Positions 43,407 to 53,637 of a DNA stretch of 64,000 bases are shown here, piece after piece (position 1 is the stretch's first letter; every line of letters begins with the position of its first letter). A program made the translations under genes and the position numbers. The notes beneath the pieces were generated by a model. The model did no database searches, was not told the DNA's origin, and saw only the letters and a list, made by a program, of their open reading frames with translations. Location: positions 128,001-192,000 of the forward strand of contig CAVTNB010000002.1 of NCBI GenBank assembly GCA_963736005.1, written 5' to 3'. The stretch comes from an uncultured Pseudomonadota bacterium (lineage in GTDB: Bacteria; Vulcanimicrobiota; Vulcanimicrobiia; Eremiobacterales; Eremiobacteraceae).

Positions 43407-44343
43407 CTGTTTTTACGTCCTGTTTCTTTGCGTGCGCCCATCTATTGGCAAGCAGCCACCCCAAGTACGTTGGATTCAAGAGCAACCAGAATCCATGGGC
43501 AAAGGCGCTTGGATATGCTCGCGATGCCAACGACTCACGAAGGCCGACGTGATGCATAATGCCGATGGCCATCCGCCATCGCCGGTACGAGACGTGCTGG
43601 CGATACCGCTCGAGGATGCGCACCCGGTCTTGCGCCTTCGAGTAATCGTTCCGGGTTGTCGAGGAGCCAGGCCGAAGATATCGATACACCGCATGTGGTT
43701 GCGCAACTAGATGCACTGGATAACCTGCAGAAAGACATCGCAACCACAAATCCCAGTCCTCGCCATAGTGCAGGGACACGTCAAATAATCCAACCTCATC
43801 AAATACGCGCCGCGGCACAACCATCATATAAGATAAGAAATTATCCTCGAGAGATGCGCTGAGCTGTTCAGCCGGGCCACGCTCGAAAATCCATTCCACC
43901 CCGCGTTCATGATAGTTCCCAACGCTGCTGATTCGACCGTCCACCCGCACAAAAAAATCGGTCGTTACAATTTGCTGGACAGAACTGTCCAGGCGTGTGC
44001 TTAAAGCACCCAAGCGGTTGGGAAGCCAATAGTCATCAGCATCAAGAAACGCGATATGCTCCCCACGGGCCGCCGCTATGCCGGCATTTCGCGCCGCAGC
44101 GACGCCTTGGTTGTGCTGATAAAGGTAGCGCACGCGTGCTCCAAAACGCTGCGCTACTTGCGAGGTTTCATCGGTGGACCCGTCATCGACAACGATGATT
44201 TCGTACTTGTCAACCGGATACTGTTGGGCAAGAACACTCTCAATTGCCTGGCCCAACTGCGCGGCACACTGAAATGTGGGAATGACGACGGAAACGTCGG
44301 GCTGTTTTGGCGTAAGATCCATGTGATACGTCTCGCTCGCCAC
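43399..44343 (-). CDS. Glycosyltransferase family 2
   Basis: VSVVIPT, IIVVDDGSTD, ARNAG, FLDADD, GEDWDLWLR. Confidence 0.93.
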   Translation of the reverse strand: MASETYHMDLTPKQPDVSVVIPTFQCAAQLGQAIESVLAQQYPVDKYEIIVVDDGSTDETSQVAQRFGARVRYLYQHNQGVAAARNAGIAAARGEHIAFLDADDYWLPNRLGALSTRLDSSVQQIVTTDFFVRVDGRISSVGNYHERGVEWIFERGPAEQLSASLEDNFLSYMMVVPRRVFDEVGLFDVSLHYGEDWDLWLRCLSAGYPVHLVAQPHAVYRYLRPGSSTTRNDYSKAQDRVRILERYRQHVSYRRWRMAIGIMHHVGLRESLASRAYPSAFAHGFWLLLNPTYLGWLLANRWAHAKKQDVKTDV

Positions 44344-44390
44344 CTTCCGTAGGAGCCTTTTTCCGGCCTCCCGAAGTGCCCAATATTGTC

Positions 44391-44600
44391 ATGAATCCGC
44401 GCAGACTGTTGCGATTTAAAATCGTAACCTCATTTGCCTTCGCTGCACTGGGTCTGATAACGTTCGTGCGGCTTGCAGCCACCGAACCGCTTTCCGGCGC
44501 CACGCTGCTGGCGTTTGCGTTAGTGAGCATCTTTGTAATTGCAGCCGTGTGGCGTGGCTGCATCTACCTCCAGGTCATACGAGGACTCGCAAAATCTTAA
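44391..44600 (+). CDS. Small two-TM membrane protein
   Basis: Two hydrophobic segments; stop 1 nt before next ATG. Confidence 0.6.
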   Translation: MNPRRLLRFKIVTSFAFAALGLITFVRLAATEPLSGATLLAFALVSIFVIAAVWRGCIYLQVIRGLAKS

Positions 44601-44601
44601 C

Positions 44602-45222
44602 ATGATATCGGTCGACCCTATTGGTGCGTTGGTGGGCGCTCTCATTATCGCCTCGATCGGCTCGACCATGTACAAGATGCTGCACGCCCCATCGAGCCGT
44701 ACGGAAATAATCGCAGCACATGCCGCCGAGCAAGCGAAGGAAATCACCGGCGTCATCTTAGTGGTTTTCTCTCACCATATCCACTCAGAGGTGCTCATAG
44801 CGTTGGCTTCGAGGATGGCCAAAGGAAGACAGGCGCAACTCGTCGCCATTTATGTTATCGAAGTGCCATACACGCTGCCCATCGATGCCGAGCTCCCTGC
44901 CGAAGAGCGGGAGGCACTTGAAGTCTTGACGGCAGCCGAAGAAATCGGACGCAAGACCGGCGTAGAGATTATCACTCGGACCATCAGAGATCGCCAAACG
45001 GGGCCTGCAATCATTCAAGCGGCTCGTGAGGAAAATGCATCGCTTATCGTGATGGGAACATATCGAGAGCACCGTTACGCAGGCGCCCCCATGGGTCAGG
45101 CCATTGAATACGTGTTGGGCCAGACCCAAGTGGATGTGATGATCGGCGTCTCATCCTCCACGGAAGGCGAAAGCATGCTTAGCTTGGGGACTGTTCCGAC
45201 TCGCCCGGTACGAAGCACGTGA
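44602..45222 (+). CDS. Universal stress protein with N-terminal TM helix
   Basis: ILV, YVIEVP..LP.DA, G.AI..AA....ASLIVMG. Confidence 0.8.
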   Translation: MISVDPIGALVGALIIASIGSTMYKMLHAPSSRTEIIAAHAAEQAKEITGVILVVFSHHIHSEVLIALASRMAKGRQAQLVAIYVIEVPYTLPIDAELPAEEREALEVLTAAEEIGRKTGVEIITRTIRDRQTGPAIIQAAREENASLIVMGTYREHRYAGAPMGQAIEYVLGQTQVDVMIGVSSSTEGESMLSLGTVPTRPVRST

Positions 45223-45869
45223 AGTGCATCCTCTTGCCGACCACAACGTGCCTCGCGTTGTCGCTCGTCGGCGCGGCACCTTCCGGAATCGATACGCCCA
45301 CCAATGTCATCAACCGGTTCGCAACGGCCTGGAACCACCTCAAATCGTATACGTGCACGTGGACGGTCCACGAAATGCAAGGGTCGAAAACCCAGTACCG
45401 CGTCTATCACGTCTTCTTTCAAAAGCCGCTCAACACTCGCGCCGAGGTTGCCGATGGCGACGGTAAAGGAAGTGTTGCGGTCTGGGATGGGGGCGATCGG
45501 GTCCGAGGTCACCAAGGCGGAATTTTGTCCATCATCAAGCTCAACCTCGACATCCACAACCGCCTCGCGGTCAGCCTGCGCGGAGCCACAATCGCTCAGG
45601 TGAACATGGGCTGGCTCCTTCAGCATCTACGGGCAATCGATAGCAAGGATTGCAAAGTCTCGCGACAAGGCGTCAACAGCGTCCTCTCGGCTCCCGTCCA
45701 CGAACCTGCTCCAGACACAGACATCGTCAGGGAAGTCTATGTGTTTAATCCAAGCGGGTTGCCGGTCGAAGCCTTTCAATATGGCGAGAATGACCTAGTG
45801 CTGAAGCATGTTGTGTATTCCAACTATCGGCCTAACGTGGTCCTGCCACCGTCAACGTGGCAAATCTAA
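45219..45869 (+). CDS. Secreted LolA-like/DUF1571-type protein
   Basis: Signal peptide; SYT, F.KP...RAE, GS.AVWDG, terminal YSN...N. Confidence 0.55.
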   Translation: MKCILLPTTTCLALSLVGAAPSGIDTPTNVINRFATAWNHLKSYTCTWTVHEMQGSKTQYRVYHVFFQKPLNTRAEVADGDGKGSVAVWDGGDRVRGHQGGILSIIKLNLDIHNRLAVSLRGATIAQVNMGWLLQHLRAIDSKDCKVSRQGVNSVLSAPVHEPAPDTDIVREVYVFNPSGLPVEAFQYGENDLVLKHVVYSNYRPNVVLPPSTWQI

Positions 45870-45891
45870 AGCTCCCCGATGTGAACCCCGG

Positions 45892-46827
45892 GTGAGAATC
45901 ACCGATATTCTCGCGGGTAACAAGCCTTGCTTTTCTTTTGAGTTCTTCCCGCCCAAGAGCGACGAGGGTGTTACTGCCCTGATGAGCACAGCGGCCGCGC
46001 TGCAGCCGCTCAAACCCGCCTTCGTTTCGGTCACCTATGGCGCAGGCGGTAGTTCTCGCACGAGAACACTCGACGTCGTGAAGGCGATGAAGAGCGAACT
46101 TGGCTTAGAAGCAATGGCGCATCTGACGTGTGTCGGAGCGACCGTTGACGAGTTGCGCAATGTTCTCCGCGAACTGAAGAGCGCGAGAATTGAGAATGTC
46201 CTAGCATTACGAGGCGACCCACCGCGGGGCGACATACACTTCGATCCGCCGCAGGGCGGCCTGGCTCATGCATCCCAACTTGTTGAATTGGTTGGCTCGG
46301 AGTTCGATTTCTGCGTCGGTGGCGCGTGCTATCCGGAAAAACACATCGAAGCGGTGGACCTCGCCTCAGACCTGAAGTTTCTGGTCGCCAAGGTCCACGC
46401 TGGCGCGAAGTTTCTCATTACGCAATTATTTTTTGATAATGAACGGTATTATCTTTTTGTCGAGCGTGCGAGACGAATAGGCATCGACGTCCCGATTATT
46501 CCTGGCATTATGCCGATTACGAATGCGGACCAAGTTGCTCGGTTCACCAATCTGTGCGGGGCGACTATACCGCCGGCTCTCTTGAGCGAGCTCGACCTGC
46601 GGAAGGGTCAACCGGAGGCGATTTTGGATCTTGGCGTCGCGTATGCGACCTTGCAATGCGTCGACCTGTTAAGCGCAGGCGTACCGGCAATACATTTCTA
46701 TACGCTCAACAAATCGCCCGCGGCGCGGGCAGTCGTGTCGGCCTTGCTTGCGGCACGACCCTGGGAGCGCAGTGCTGGACGTCGCTATCTAGAGGGAGTG
46801 GACGCCTTGGGGTGGACCACCAGCTAG
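45892..46827 (+). CDS. metF: 5,10-methylenetetrahydrofolate reductase
   Basis: SFEFFPPK, FVSVTYGAGG, AHLTC, LALRGDPP, YPEKH, ITQLFFD, HFYTLN. Confidence 0.96.
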   Translation: MRITDILAGNKPCFSFEFFPPKSDEGVTALMSTAAALQPLKPAFVSVTYGAGGSSRTRTLDVVKAMKSELGLEAMAHLTCVGATVDELRNVLRELKSARIENVLALRGDPPRGDIHFDPPQGGLAHASQLVELVGSEFDFCVGGACYPEKHIEAVDLASDLKFLVAKVHAGAKFLITQLFFDNERYYLFVERARRIGIDVPIIPGIMPITNADQVARFTNLCGATIPPALLSELDLRKGQPEAILDLGVAYATLQCVDLLSAGVPAIHFYTLNKSPAARAVVSALLAARPWERSAGRRYLEGVDALGWTTS

Positions 46828-46882
46828 TCCTAGACCTTTACCAGCCCGAGGTGCCGGTTTTCAAGGGTCCGAACTCGGGCCC

Positions 46883-48139
46883 GTGCGGTTCCTCATTCTT
46901 ACACAATACTTCCCTCCGGAAATCGGAGCTCCCCAGATTCGTTTGGCTGCCCTTGCACGATGCTTGAAGGTGTACGGTCACGAGGTTGAAGTTGTTACCG
47001 CCCTGCCGCACCACCTCATCGGAAAGATCTACCCCGCATACCAGCACAAGATCTACGTCAAGGATAGCTTCGAGGGTATCACCGTGCATCGGACCTGGGC
47101 TTACGCAGCAACTGGCACCGGGTTTGCTCGTTTGATAAACTACCTCTCTTTCGCATTCACCTGTGCACTTGGCACCATGCGCGCAAAGCGGCCGGATTAC
47201 GTCTTTGTTGAATCGCCACCACTCTTCTTAGGAGTCACGGGTGTTGCGTACTCAATGTTCCGCCGCGTTCCAATGATTTTTAATGTTGCTGATCTTTGGC
47301 CGGATTCGGTTCGAGAGCTCGGCATTTTGAAACCCGGCTTGCTGCTTTCTTTAGCCGAGCGAGTCGAGAAATGGATCTACAAACGATCCCGCTTTGTCAA
47401 CTCAGTGACCGAGGGAATTAGGCATGTCCTTATCGAGCGGAAAGAGGTTTTGCAATCAAAGGTGCTCATTCTCCCCAACGGTGTCGACACGTCACTCTTT
47501 GCACCGCGTAAGCCGGATATCGCGTTGGCAAAGGAGCTCAAGCTGGATGATCACAGAATCTTTGTATATGCCGGTACGCATGGCGTTGCGCAGGGGCTGC
47601 TGACGTTGATGGACGCAGCGGCGCGGCTCAAAACTTATGGAGTCGCGCTCCTCTTCATCGGCGACGGACCAGCAAAGCCAATGCTTCTTCGACGCGTCAC
47701 CGAGGCGAACTTAACCAATGTCATCTTTGTAGGAATGCAGCCCGTCGATGAGATGCCGAGATTCTTTTCTTTGGCGACCGCCTCCATTGTCCCCCTGGTG
47801 AAGGGTGATTTGTTCAAGAGCGCCCGCCCATCGAAGATTCTCACATCTCTTGCTTCTGGAGTACCGGTCATCTTCTGCGGCGAGGGAGAAACCGCCTCAT
47901 TCTTGGATGCCAGCCGCGCCGGGCTGGTTGTTCCTCCGGAGGATCCTGAGGCTCTCGCAGATGCCATTGAGCGGTTGGCTAAGGATCCGATGTTGCGTGA
48001 TGAGCTTGCAACCAATGCCCGCAGGCTCGCTCAGAACTTTGATTGGAATACGTTGGTCAGGCGGTGGCTAGACGATTTGTCAAAGGCCCAAGACAGTGCA
48101 TTGAGGCAAAGTGGTTCTACACTGCCCGATGGAACATGA
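46883..48139 (+). CDS. Glycosyltransferase family 4 (WcaI-like)
   Basis: TQYFPPEIGA, SPPLF, DLWP, PNGVD, YAG..G.AQGL, PSK....LASG.PV. Confidence 0.9.
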   Translation: MRFLILTQYFPPEIGAPQIRLAALARCLKVYGHEVEVVTALPHHLIGKIYPAYQHKIYVKDSFEGITVHRTWAYAATGTGFARLINYLSFAFTCALGTMRAKRPDYVFVESPPLFLGVTGVAYSMFRRVPMIFNVADLWPDSVRELGILKPGLLLSLAERVEKWIYKRSRFVNSVTEGIRHVLIERKEVLQSKVLILPNGVDTSLFAPRKPDIALAKELKLDDHRIFVYAGTHGVAQGLLTLMDAAARLKTYGVALLFIGDGPAKPMLLRRVTEANLTNVIFVGMQPVDEMPRFFSLATASIVPLVKGDLFKSARPSKILTSLASGVPVIFCGEGETASFLDASRAGLVVPPEDPEALADAIERLAKDPMLRDELATNARRLAQNFDWNTLVRRWLDDLSKAQDSALRQSGSTLPDGT

Positions 48140-49541
48140 ATTCGGCCGCTGTTTTTAGGAGCAAGGTCAGGTCCAGAAACATCGACCAATGCTCGATGTA
48201 AAACAAGTCGTGGCCAAGCACTTCGGCAACATCATCAGGCGAGAGGTTGCGCTTCATGTTTACCTGAGCCCAACCTGTTATTCCGGGAAGTGCGAGGCGG
48301 CGCTCAATGTATGATGGAACCTCGCGAGCGAAACGCTCTTCGAACGATCGCATCTCCGGACGAGGACCAACAAGCGACATATCGCCGAGAAGAACGTTGA
48401 ATAATTGAGGCAGCTCGTCGAGGCTAGTCCGTCGTAATATGCTACCTACTCGCGTGATGCGAGTGTCCCCGGGGATCGCCCAGGCCGAATCGGCATCGGT
48501 CTTCATGGTTCGGAACTTCAACATCGAAAAAATGCGACCGTATCGTCCGATGCGCTCCTGTTTGAACAGAATTGGTGTTCCGGATTCCATCCGAATCGCT
48601 AGACTGGCAATGAGCATAATTGGGGCACTCAGGACGATCGCGACGGCCGAGAAGGTAATGTCGAGAATCCTCTTGCTGAGTGTCGCCAGTGGCCAGCAGA
48701 TCCTCGGATACACCGGCCGCAGGAGACGCTGGCTCCCTTTGCGTTCTAGTTCGAAGTCATACGTACCCAGCTCAATATTGGGCAAGGCGAGGGTTACAGC
48801 TGTAGGAGAGTTTTGGCACAAGGCTAGCAGTTGTCGAATGCTTCGTTCATCTTGTGAACCCGCTATTACGATTCGATCGCACCGCCACTCGATCGCAGCG
48901 TTGAACCAAGCCCTGGCGAGATCGTCACCCGATCGGATCGCCTGACCGCGCTCACTATCCACGTCGAGCGTCACAAAACTCCCACCTCCGTCGTGAGATA
49001 GGCTTTCTCGGACGACGTTCGCTTCGCTTGCGCTCCCGATTATCAGATAACGACGAGAACGGCTCTTTTCGATCGCCGCACGGACAAGATGAATTGTAGA
49101 CCTCGTCGGTCCGACTAAGCCGATTGCCAGAGCTAGGGACAAGAGAAGCGCTAAACGTGAGGTTGACCAAATGGGCATGGCCGTAAAAAACAAAAGTTGC
49201 GGAATAACCCCTAGCGTTAGCGCGATGATGGTGAAGTAGAACTCATCCTTGAATGAGAGCGCCAAGGACCGGCTGTAGAGGCCCAATGCGTAAAAAATTC
49301 CGACCCAAACGCCCACGAACAAGATCGACGACGTGCGAAATCGAAAGATTGCGGCCGGCAGGTCCCAGCGGTGGTCTACAAGCGATCCAGCAATGTATGC
49401 TGCGAGAACAAACATTGCAAGGTCACTTAAGAACAGCGTGACCGACCAGAACGCCGTGTAGCGAACCGAGGGTCTAGAACTAGTTCTTACCGACCAGCCA
49501 AAGGCGTAAGCCTGCTGCTCCTCGTGCGCTCGCAAACTCAT
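48117..49541 (-). CDS. Priming polyprenyl-phosphate sugar transferase (WcaJ/WbaP type)
   Basis: N-terminal TMs; KRILD, FKQERIG, KFRTM, SLDELPQLFNVL.GDMSLVGPRP, PGITGWAQV. Confidence 0.93.
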   Translation of the reverse strand: MSLRAHEEQQAYAFGWSVRTSSRPSVRYTAFWSVTLFLSDLAMFVLAAYIAGSLVDHRWDLPAAIFRFRTSSILFVGVWVGIFYALGLYSRSLALSFKDEFYFTIIALTLGVIPQLLFFTAMPIWSTSRLALLLSLALAIGLVGPTRSTIHLVRAAIEKSRSRRYLIIGSASEANVVRESLSHDGGGSFVTLDVDSERGQAIRSGDDLARAWFNAAIEWRCDRIVIAGSQDERSIRQLLALCQNSPTAVTLALPNIELGTYDFELERKGSQRLLRPVYPRICWPLATLSKRILDITFSAVAIVLSAPIMLIASLAIRMESGTPILFKQERIGRYGRIFSMLKFRTMKTDADSAWAIPGDTRITRVGSILRRTSLDELPQLFNVLLGDMSLVGPRPEMRSFEERFAREVPSYIERRLALPGITGWAQVNMKRNLSPDDVAEVLGHDLFYIEHWSMFLDLTLLLKTAAEFMFHRAV

Positions 49542-49789
49542 TGTAGTGACTTCATTAGGCCTCAGTCCGCCAATCCTATTCCGGCTAAAGATTTGGTGTG
49601 AGGGTCCAAAAGGCCCAAACGCTAGCGCTTCTTCCTTCTGCTACGAGTTCACATTGCGGCTCTGAAGATCAATGACCACGTCACACCAATCGGGGGAAAG
49701 CCCACCTCTTGCGCCAAGACGAGCAACAAAGAACCGCCTCGATGACTCTGCCGAGTCAAGCTCGGAGCGCCTCCTCGCGCTGAATAAAC

Positions 49790-51652
49790 ATGCGAATTGC
49801 TGTTGTTGTCGGCTTTGACTACCACGCTGCTTTGTTCTGCAAGAAGACAAATGCTTACGCCACGTCATGGCACTTTGACTATTACCCTTCGACGCGGGTT
49901 GGAATCGTGCAAGCCTTTCTAAGGATTCGAGATGCGGACGCGCTCATTCGATTTGGTGGTCCAGCGCCACATCCCATTCTGATGGCTGCGGCTCGTGCGA
50001 GAAAAATTCCCATCATCGTCATTTGGGCGGGGACAGACGTCAGCTTGCTCCTAGAACGACCATACAAGGTCTCGCAGGTACTACGGGCAGAGATCACCCA
50101 CCTAGCGGTTGCTCCCTGGCTTGCAGACGAGTTGAAACAGGCTGGGATTGCGGCGCAATATATCCCTATCATCGGGATGAATCCAAATTATGGCTCTGAC
50201 ATACCCAAGGGGGAATTCAGCGTACTCAGTTACTTACCAGAGCCTCGCCGCGACTTCTACGGTAGGCAACACGTCTACGACGTTGCGCGAAGGCTTCCAG
50301 ACGTAAACTTTCTGATTGTTGGACCTGGTTCGCCAGACGGGAATGCGCCTCCTAACACCAGTTTCTTGGGTCTGCTACCTGATATCACATCGATTATAGA
50401 TCGTTGCGCCGCTTTACTGAGAGTGCCCGACCACGATGGCATGTCCCTCGTAGTTCTTGAGGCCCTTTCGCGGGGCAGATTTGTGGCCTGGAAATATGAC
50501 CTTCCTGGCGTACAACAGGTGGCGACTTCGAACGATACCGTCAAGTTTCTATCGACCTTGCGTGCTCAATTGGCTTCGGACGGTGCACAATCTAATACTC
50601 TAGGAATCAACTTTATCGCAACCCGTTATGACGAACGAGAAGTCGCGCTCGGTGTGGAGCGCCTCTTAAATCAAATCGTCGATGCAAGGCACCGTTTGAC
50701 GGCAGACTCTCGCCAGGTCGTGGTCTTCGGGCTCGATATTTTTGTAGCGGACCTGGCAAACTTGAATAACCAGACGATCACGGGGTGGAATGCCGAGGTC
50801 TTGCAACTTGAAACAAAATATGAAGCTTTTGGCGCCCTCTTGAATCTAGCAAAAAGCGACGTCATCTATACGGTGGGAGCGCCAGCGCTTGGCCGTGCGG
50901 CGAACTTTGTGGCAAACATCACGAGAAAGCCCAGGGTCATGCACTGGGTCGGGACCGATATTGAAGTTGCGCGCAGGAATCCGAAATTGTCGCGGAGGCT
51001 TAACCGGCCACTCATTACCCATCTCGCTGAGGTTGAATGGGAGGCCGATGAGTTGCGATCCATTGGAATTCACGCGCAGATTGTTCCTCTACCGCCCCGA
51101 CTTTCAGGGCCAGTTTCCTTGACACCATTGCCGAGCGAGTTTACGTTGCTAACGTACCTCCCACGCGTGAGGGCCGACTTCTACGGCAGACGAGAATTAG
51201 AATTCATTATGCGATCGTTTTGCAACGAACCCATAAAGTTCCTCATCGTGGGAGGCGGGGCGATTGATGTGCCGCCGGGCGTAAACGCAGATAATCTAGG
51301 CTGGTGCTATTCACTGACCGAGGTTTACGCGAGATCCTCCGCACTGTTTCGGTTTACGCCGCGCGATGGTCTTTCGCTCATGGTTCTGGAAGCACTTTCG
51401 TTTGGTAGACATGTGTTGTGGACGCAGAGCTTCCCATTTGTAACACAGGTGCTTTCTGTTGAAGGCGCCATCGATGCATTGAACTATTTGCTTGATCGTT
51501 TTCAAAAGGGCCGCCTCGCGCCGCAAGCGGATGCCGCTGAGTTCGTTCGCACCGCGTATGACCGGAAGCGATGCATCAGCCGAATAGCGGGCGTTTGGGA
51601 TTCGGCAGTCCGTCACAAGAGCGACGACTCAGCCAGGGGCGCGCTAGAATAG
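49790..51652 (+). CDS. Tandem-duplicated GT-B-like glycosyltransferase
   Basis: Two homologous halves: WAGTDV/WVGTDI, YLP..R.DFYGR twice, DG.SL.VLEALS.GR twice. Confidence 0.78.
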   Translation: MRIAVVVGFDYHAALFCKKTNAYATSWHFDYYPSTRVGIVQAFLRIRDADALIRFGGPAPHPILMAAARARKIPIIVIWAGTDVSLLLERPYKVSQVLRAEITHLAVAPWLADELKQAGIAAQYIPIIGMNPNYGSDIPKGEFSVLSYLPEPRRDFYGRQHVYDVARRLPDVNFLIVGPGSPDGNAPPNTSFLGLLPDITSIIDRCAALLRVPDHDGMSLVVLEALSRGRFVAWKYDLPGVQQVATSNDTVKFLSTLRAQLASDGAQSNTLGINFIATRYDEREVALGVERLLNQIVDARHRLTADSRQVVVFGLDIFVADLANLNNQTITGWNAEVLQLETKYEAFGALLNLAKSDVIYTVGAPALGRAANFVANITRKPRVMHWVGTDIEVARRNPKLSRRLNRPLITHLAEVEWEADELRSIGIHAQIVPLPPRLSGPVSLTPLPSEFTLLTYLPRVRADFYGRRELEFIMRSFCNEPIKFLIVGGGAIDVPPGVNADNLGWCYSLTEVYARSSALFRFTPRDGLSLMVLEALSFGRHVLWTQSFPFVTQVLSVEGAIDALNYLLDRFQKGRLAPQADAAEFVRTAYDRKRCISRIAGVWDSAVRHKSDDSARGALE

Positions 51653-51786
51653 GTGGGAGCGAAGGAGCACAAAAAGCGCTGTGTTTATTTTTTTGCGCAT
51701 GCATGCAAGGCGGAGGTAGAACTTCAGTCCGCCGTAGGACTTAAGTCCGAATGTAGGCAACAAGTTCGCTTGAACAGCGTTAATAA

Positions 51787-53637
51787 ATGTGCGGAATCGC
51801 GGGCATTGCCCAGTTTGATCACGCTCCCAGCCTAGCCATCGTCAAGGCGATGACCGATGCACTGGCCCACCGCGGTCCAGACGGAGAGGGGTTTTTTTGT
51901 AGCGATCACGTGGCGTTGGGACACCGCAGGCTCAAAATCATCGATCTCAGCGACGCAGCTAGACAGCCCATCGCAGATGCATCTGGGAATGCCGTCGTCA
52001 CATACAACGGCGAAATTTACAACTACCGCGAACTGAGAGAGACGTTGGCCGCCCGCGGTCATCGCTTCGCGAGCCGCACCGATTCGGAAACGATTCCGGC
52101 GGCCTACGCTGAGTGGGGTGACTCCTTTTTGGAGCACTTGCATGGAATGTTTGCGTTTGCTCTCTACGACACACGGAAACGCCGACTGCTGTTGGTCCGC
52201 GATCGCATTGGTATCAAGCCGTTATATTTTGTCCGGCAGCCAACGTTTGTAGCGTTTGCGTCAGAACCGAAGGCCTTTATAGCCGCCGGCCTCGTACGGC
52301 CGCAGCCGAACATTCCCGCGATCGCGAATTACATTCAACTCGGATATCACCAACGCGATCAAAGTTGGTATGCAGATGTTCACGAGTTGCCACCTGGACA
52401 TTTTGCCATCATATCGCCGGACGGCAATTTTCAAGTGCAACCCTTCTGGGAGTTACCACATCCGCGCAAAGAACTGGGCGATGATCCCAGCGGTTTGCTT
52501 CGAACGTTACTTGAGGAAGCCGCCCGCACGCATTTGCAAAGCGATGTGCCCCTTGGCGCGCACCTTTCGGGCGGGATTGATTCAAGTTCCGTCGTCGCCC
52601 TGTTATCGCGACAGTTGCGCGAGAAGCTGCACACTTTTAGTGTATACTTCCGCGAGGGGGCTTACTACGATGAGCGCCCCTTTATTGAGGAAGTCTCTCA
52701 GCAATACGGCACTGAACATCATTACACGGTGCCTGACTGGCGGGAAGCACAGAATGCCTTGCCGGCAATCATTCATGCGGTTGATGGCATAACAGCCGGT
52801 CCCGGTGTAATACCCGCCTACCTGTTAAGCCAGGACATTCGAGCTCGAGGCGTAGTGGTAACCAATGGTGGGCAGGGTGGAGATGAAATGTTCGCTGGCT
52901 ATCCCCGACACCTGTTGCCGTACGCTCTGAACGAGATAAGTTCGGGGGGGGCTGGATGGCACAACGGTCTTGCGGCTCTGGGAAGACTTGGCGCTATGGG
53001 CTTGCTTCGAGATGCGGCCGAACGAGCGTTAACCCCGGGCACCCTCATGCTTCACAAAGACTTGCGGAAGCGGGTTCGTCCTTTCCGCCGCAGTTTGCGC
53101 TTTGGCGACCTGTTTCGCGAATATCTTACCGGCTATCTGCATTGTCTTCTCCACGTCGAAGATCGCACGAGCATGGCATCGTCCGTCGAGTCCCGAGTGC
53201 CGCTGCTTGATGATTCCATCGTCGACTTCGCCGCCTCGATGCACTCCCGATGGAAGCTGCGAGACGGCATACCGAAGCGTGTGCTACGAGACGCCGTTCA
53301 AGACCTATTGCCAGAAAAGGTGCTCCACCGTCGAGATAAGCGCGGTCTTCCCACTCCATTTGGGATCTGGATCCGAGGCCCGATGAAAGAGTACGCCCAA
53401 GCCATCCTCACGGATCCAATATTGAAGGCTGAGCCCATTCTCGCCACTTCCCGCGTCGAGCATCTCTTCAAGTTGCATTGCCAAGGAAAGGCAGATCTCG
53501 GCGGCCTCCTCTGGAGACCCGTGGCGGTTGGAATCTGGCTTCAAAACCTTCGCACGCTGAGGGAATCAAGCGCCGGTCTGCCGTCCAGTGAGATATTAGG
53601 TCACCCACCGGGCGTCGCCGCCATCACGACTCGATAA
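51787..53637 (+). CDS. asnB: Asparagine synthase (glutamine-hydrolysing)-family amidotransferase
   Basis: MCGIAG, HRGPD, NGEIYN, RDRIGIKPLY, LSGGIDSS, GGDE.FAGY, DR.SM.SVE.RVP. Confidence 0.93.
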   Translation: MCGIAGIAQFDHAPSLAIVKAMTDALAHRGPDGEGFFCSDHVALGHRRLKIIDLSDAARQPIADASGNAVVTYNGEIYNYRELRETLAARGHRFASRTDSETIPAAYAEWGDSFLEHLHGMFAFALYDTRKRRLLLVRDRIGIKPLYFVRQPTFVAFASEPKAFIAAGLVRPQPNIPAIANYIQLGYHQRDQSWYADVHELPPGHFAIISPDGNFQVQPFWELPHPRKELGDDPSGLLRTLLEEAARTHLQSDVPLGAHLSGGIDSSSVVALLSRQLREKLHTFSVYFREGAYYDERPFIEEVSQQYGTEHHYTVPDWREAQNALPAIIHAVDGITAGPGVIPAYLLSQDIRARGVVVTNGGQGGDEMFAGYPRHLLPYALNEISSGGAGWHNGLAALGRLGAMGLLRDAAERALTPGTLMLHKDLRKRVRPFRRSLRFGDLFREYLTGYLHCLLHVEDRTSMASSVESRVPLLDDSIVDFAASMHSRWKLRDGIPKRVLRDAVQDLLPEKVLHRRDKRGLPTPFGIWIRGPMKEYAQAILTDPILKAEPILATSRVEHLFKLHCQGKADLGGLLWRPVAVGIWLQNLRTLRESSAGLPSSEILGHPPGVAAITTR

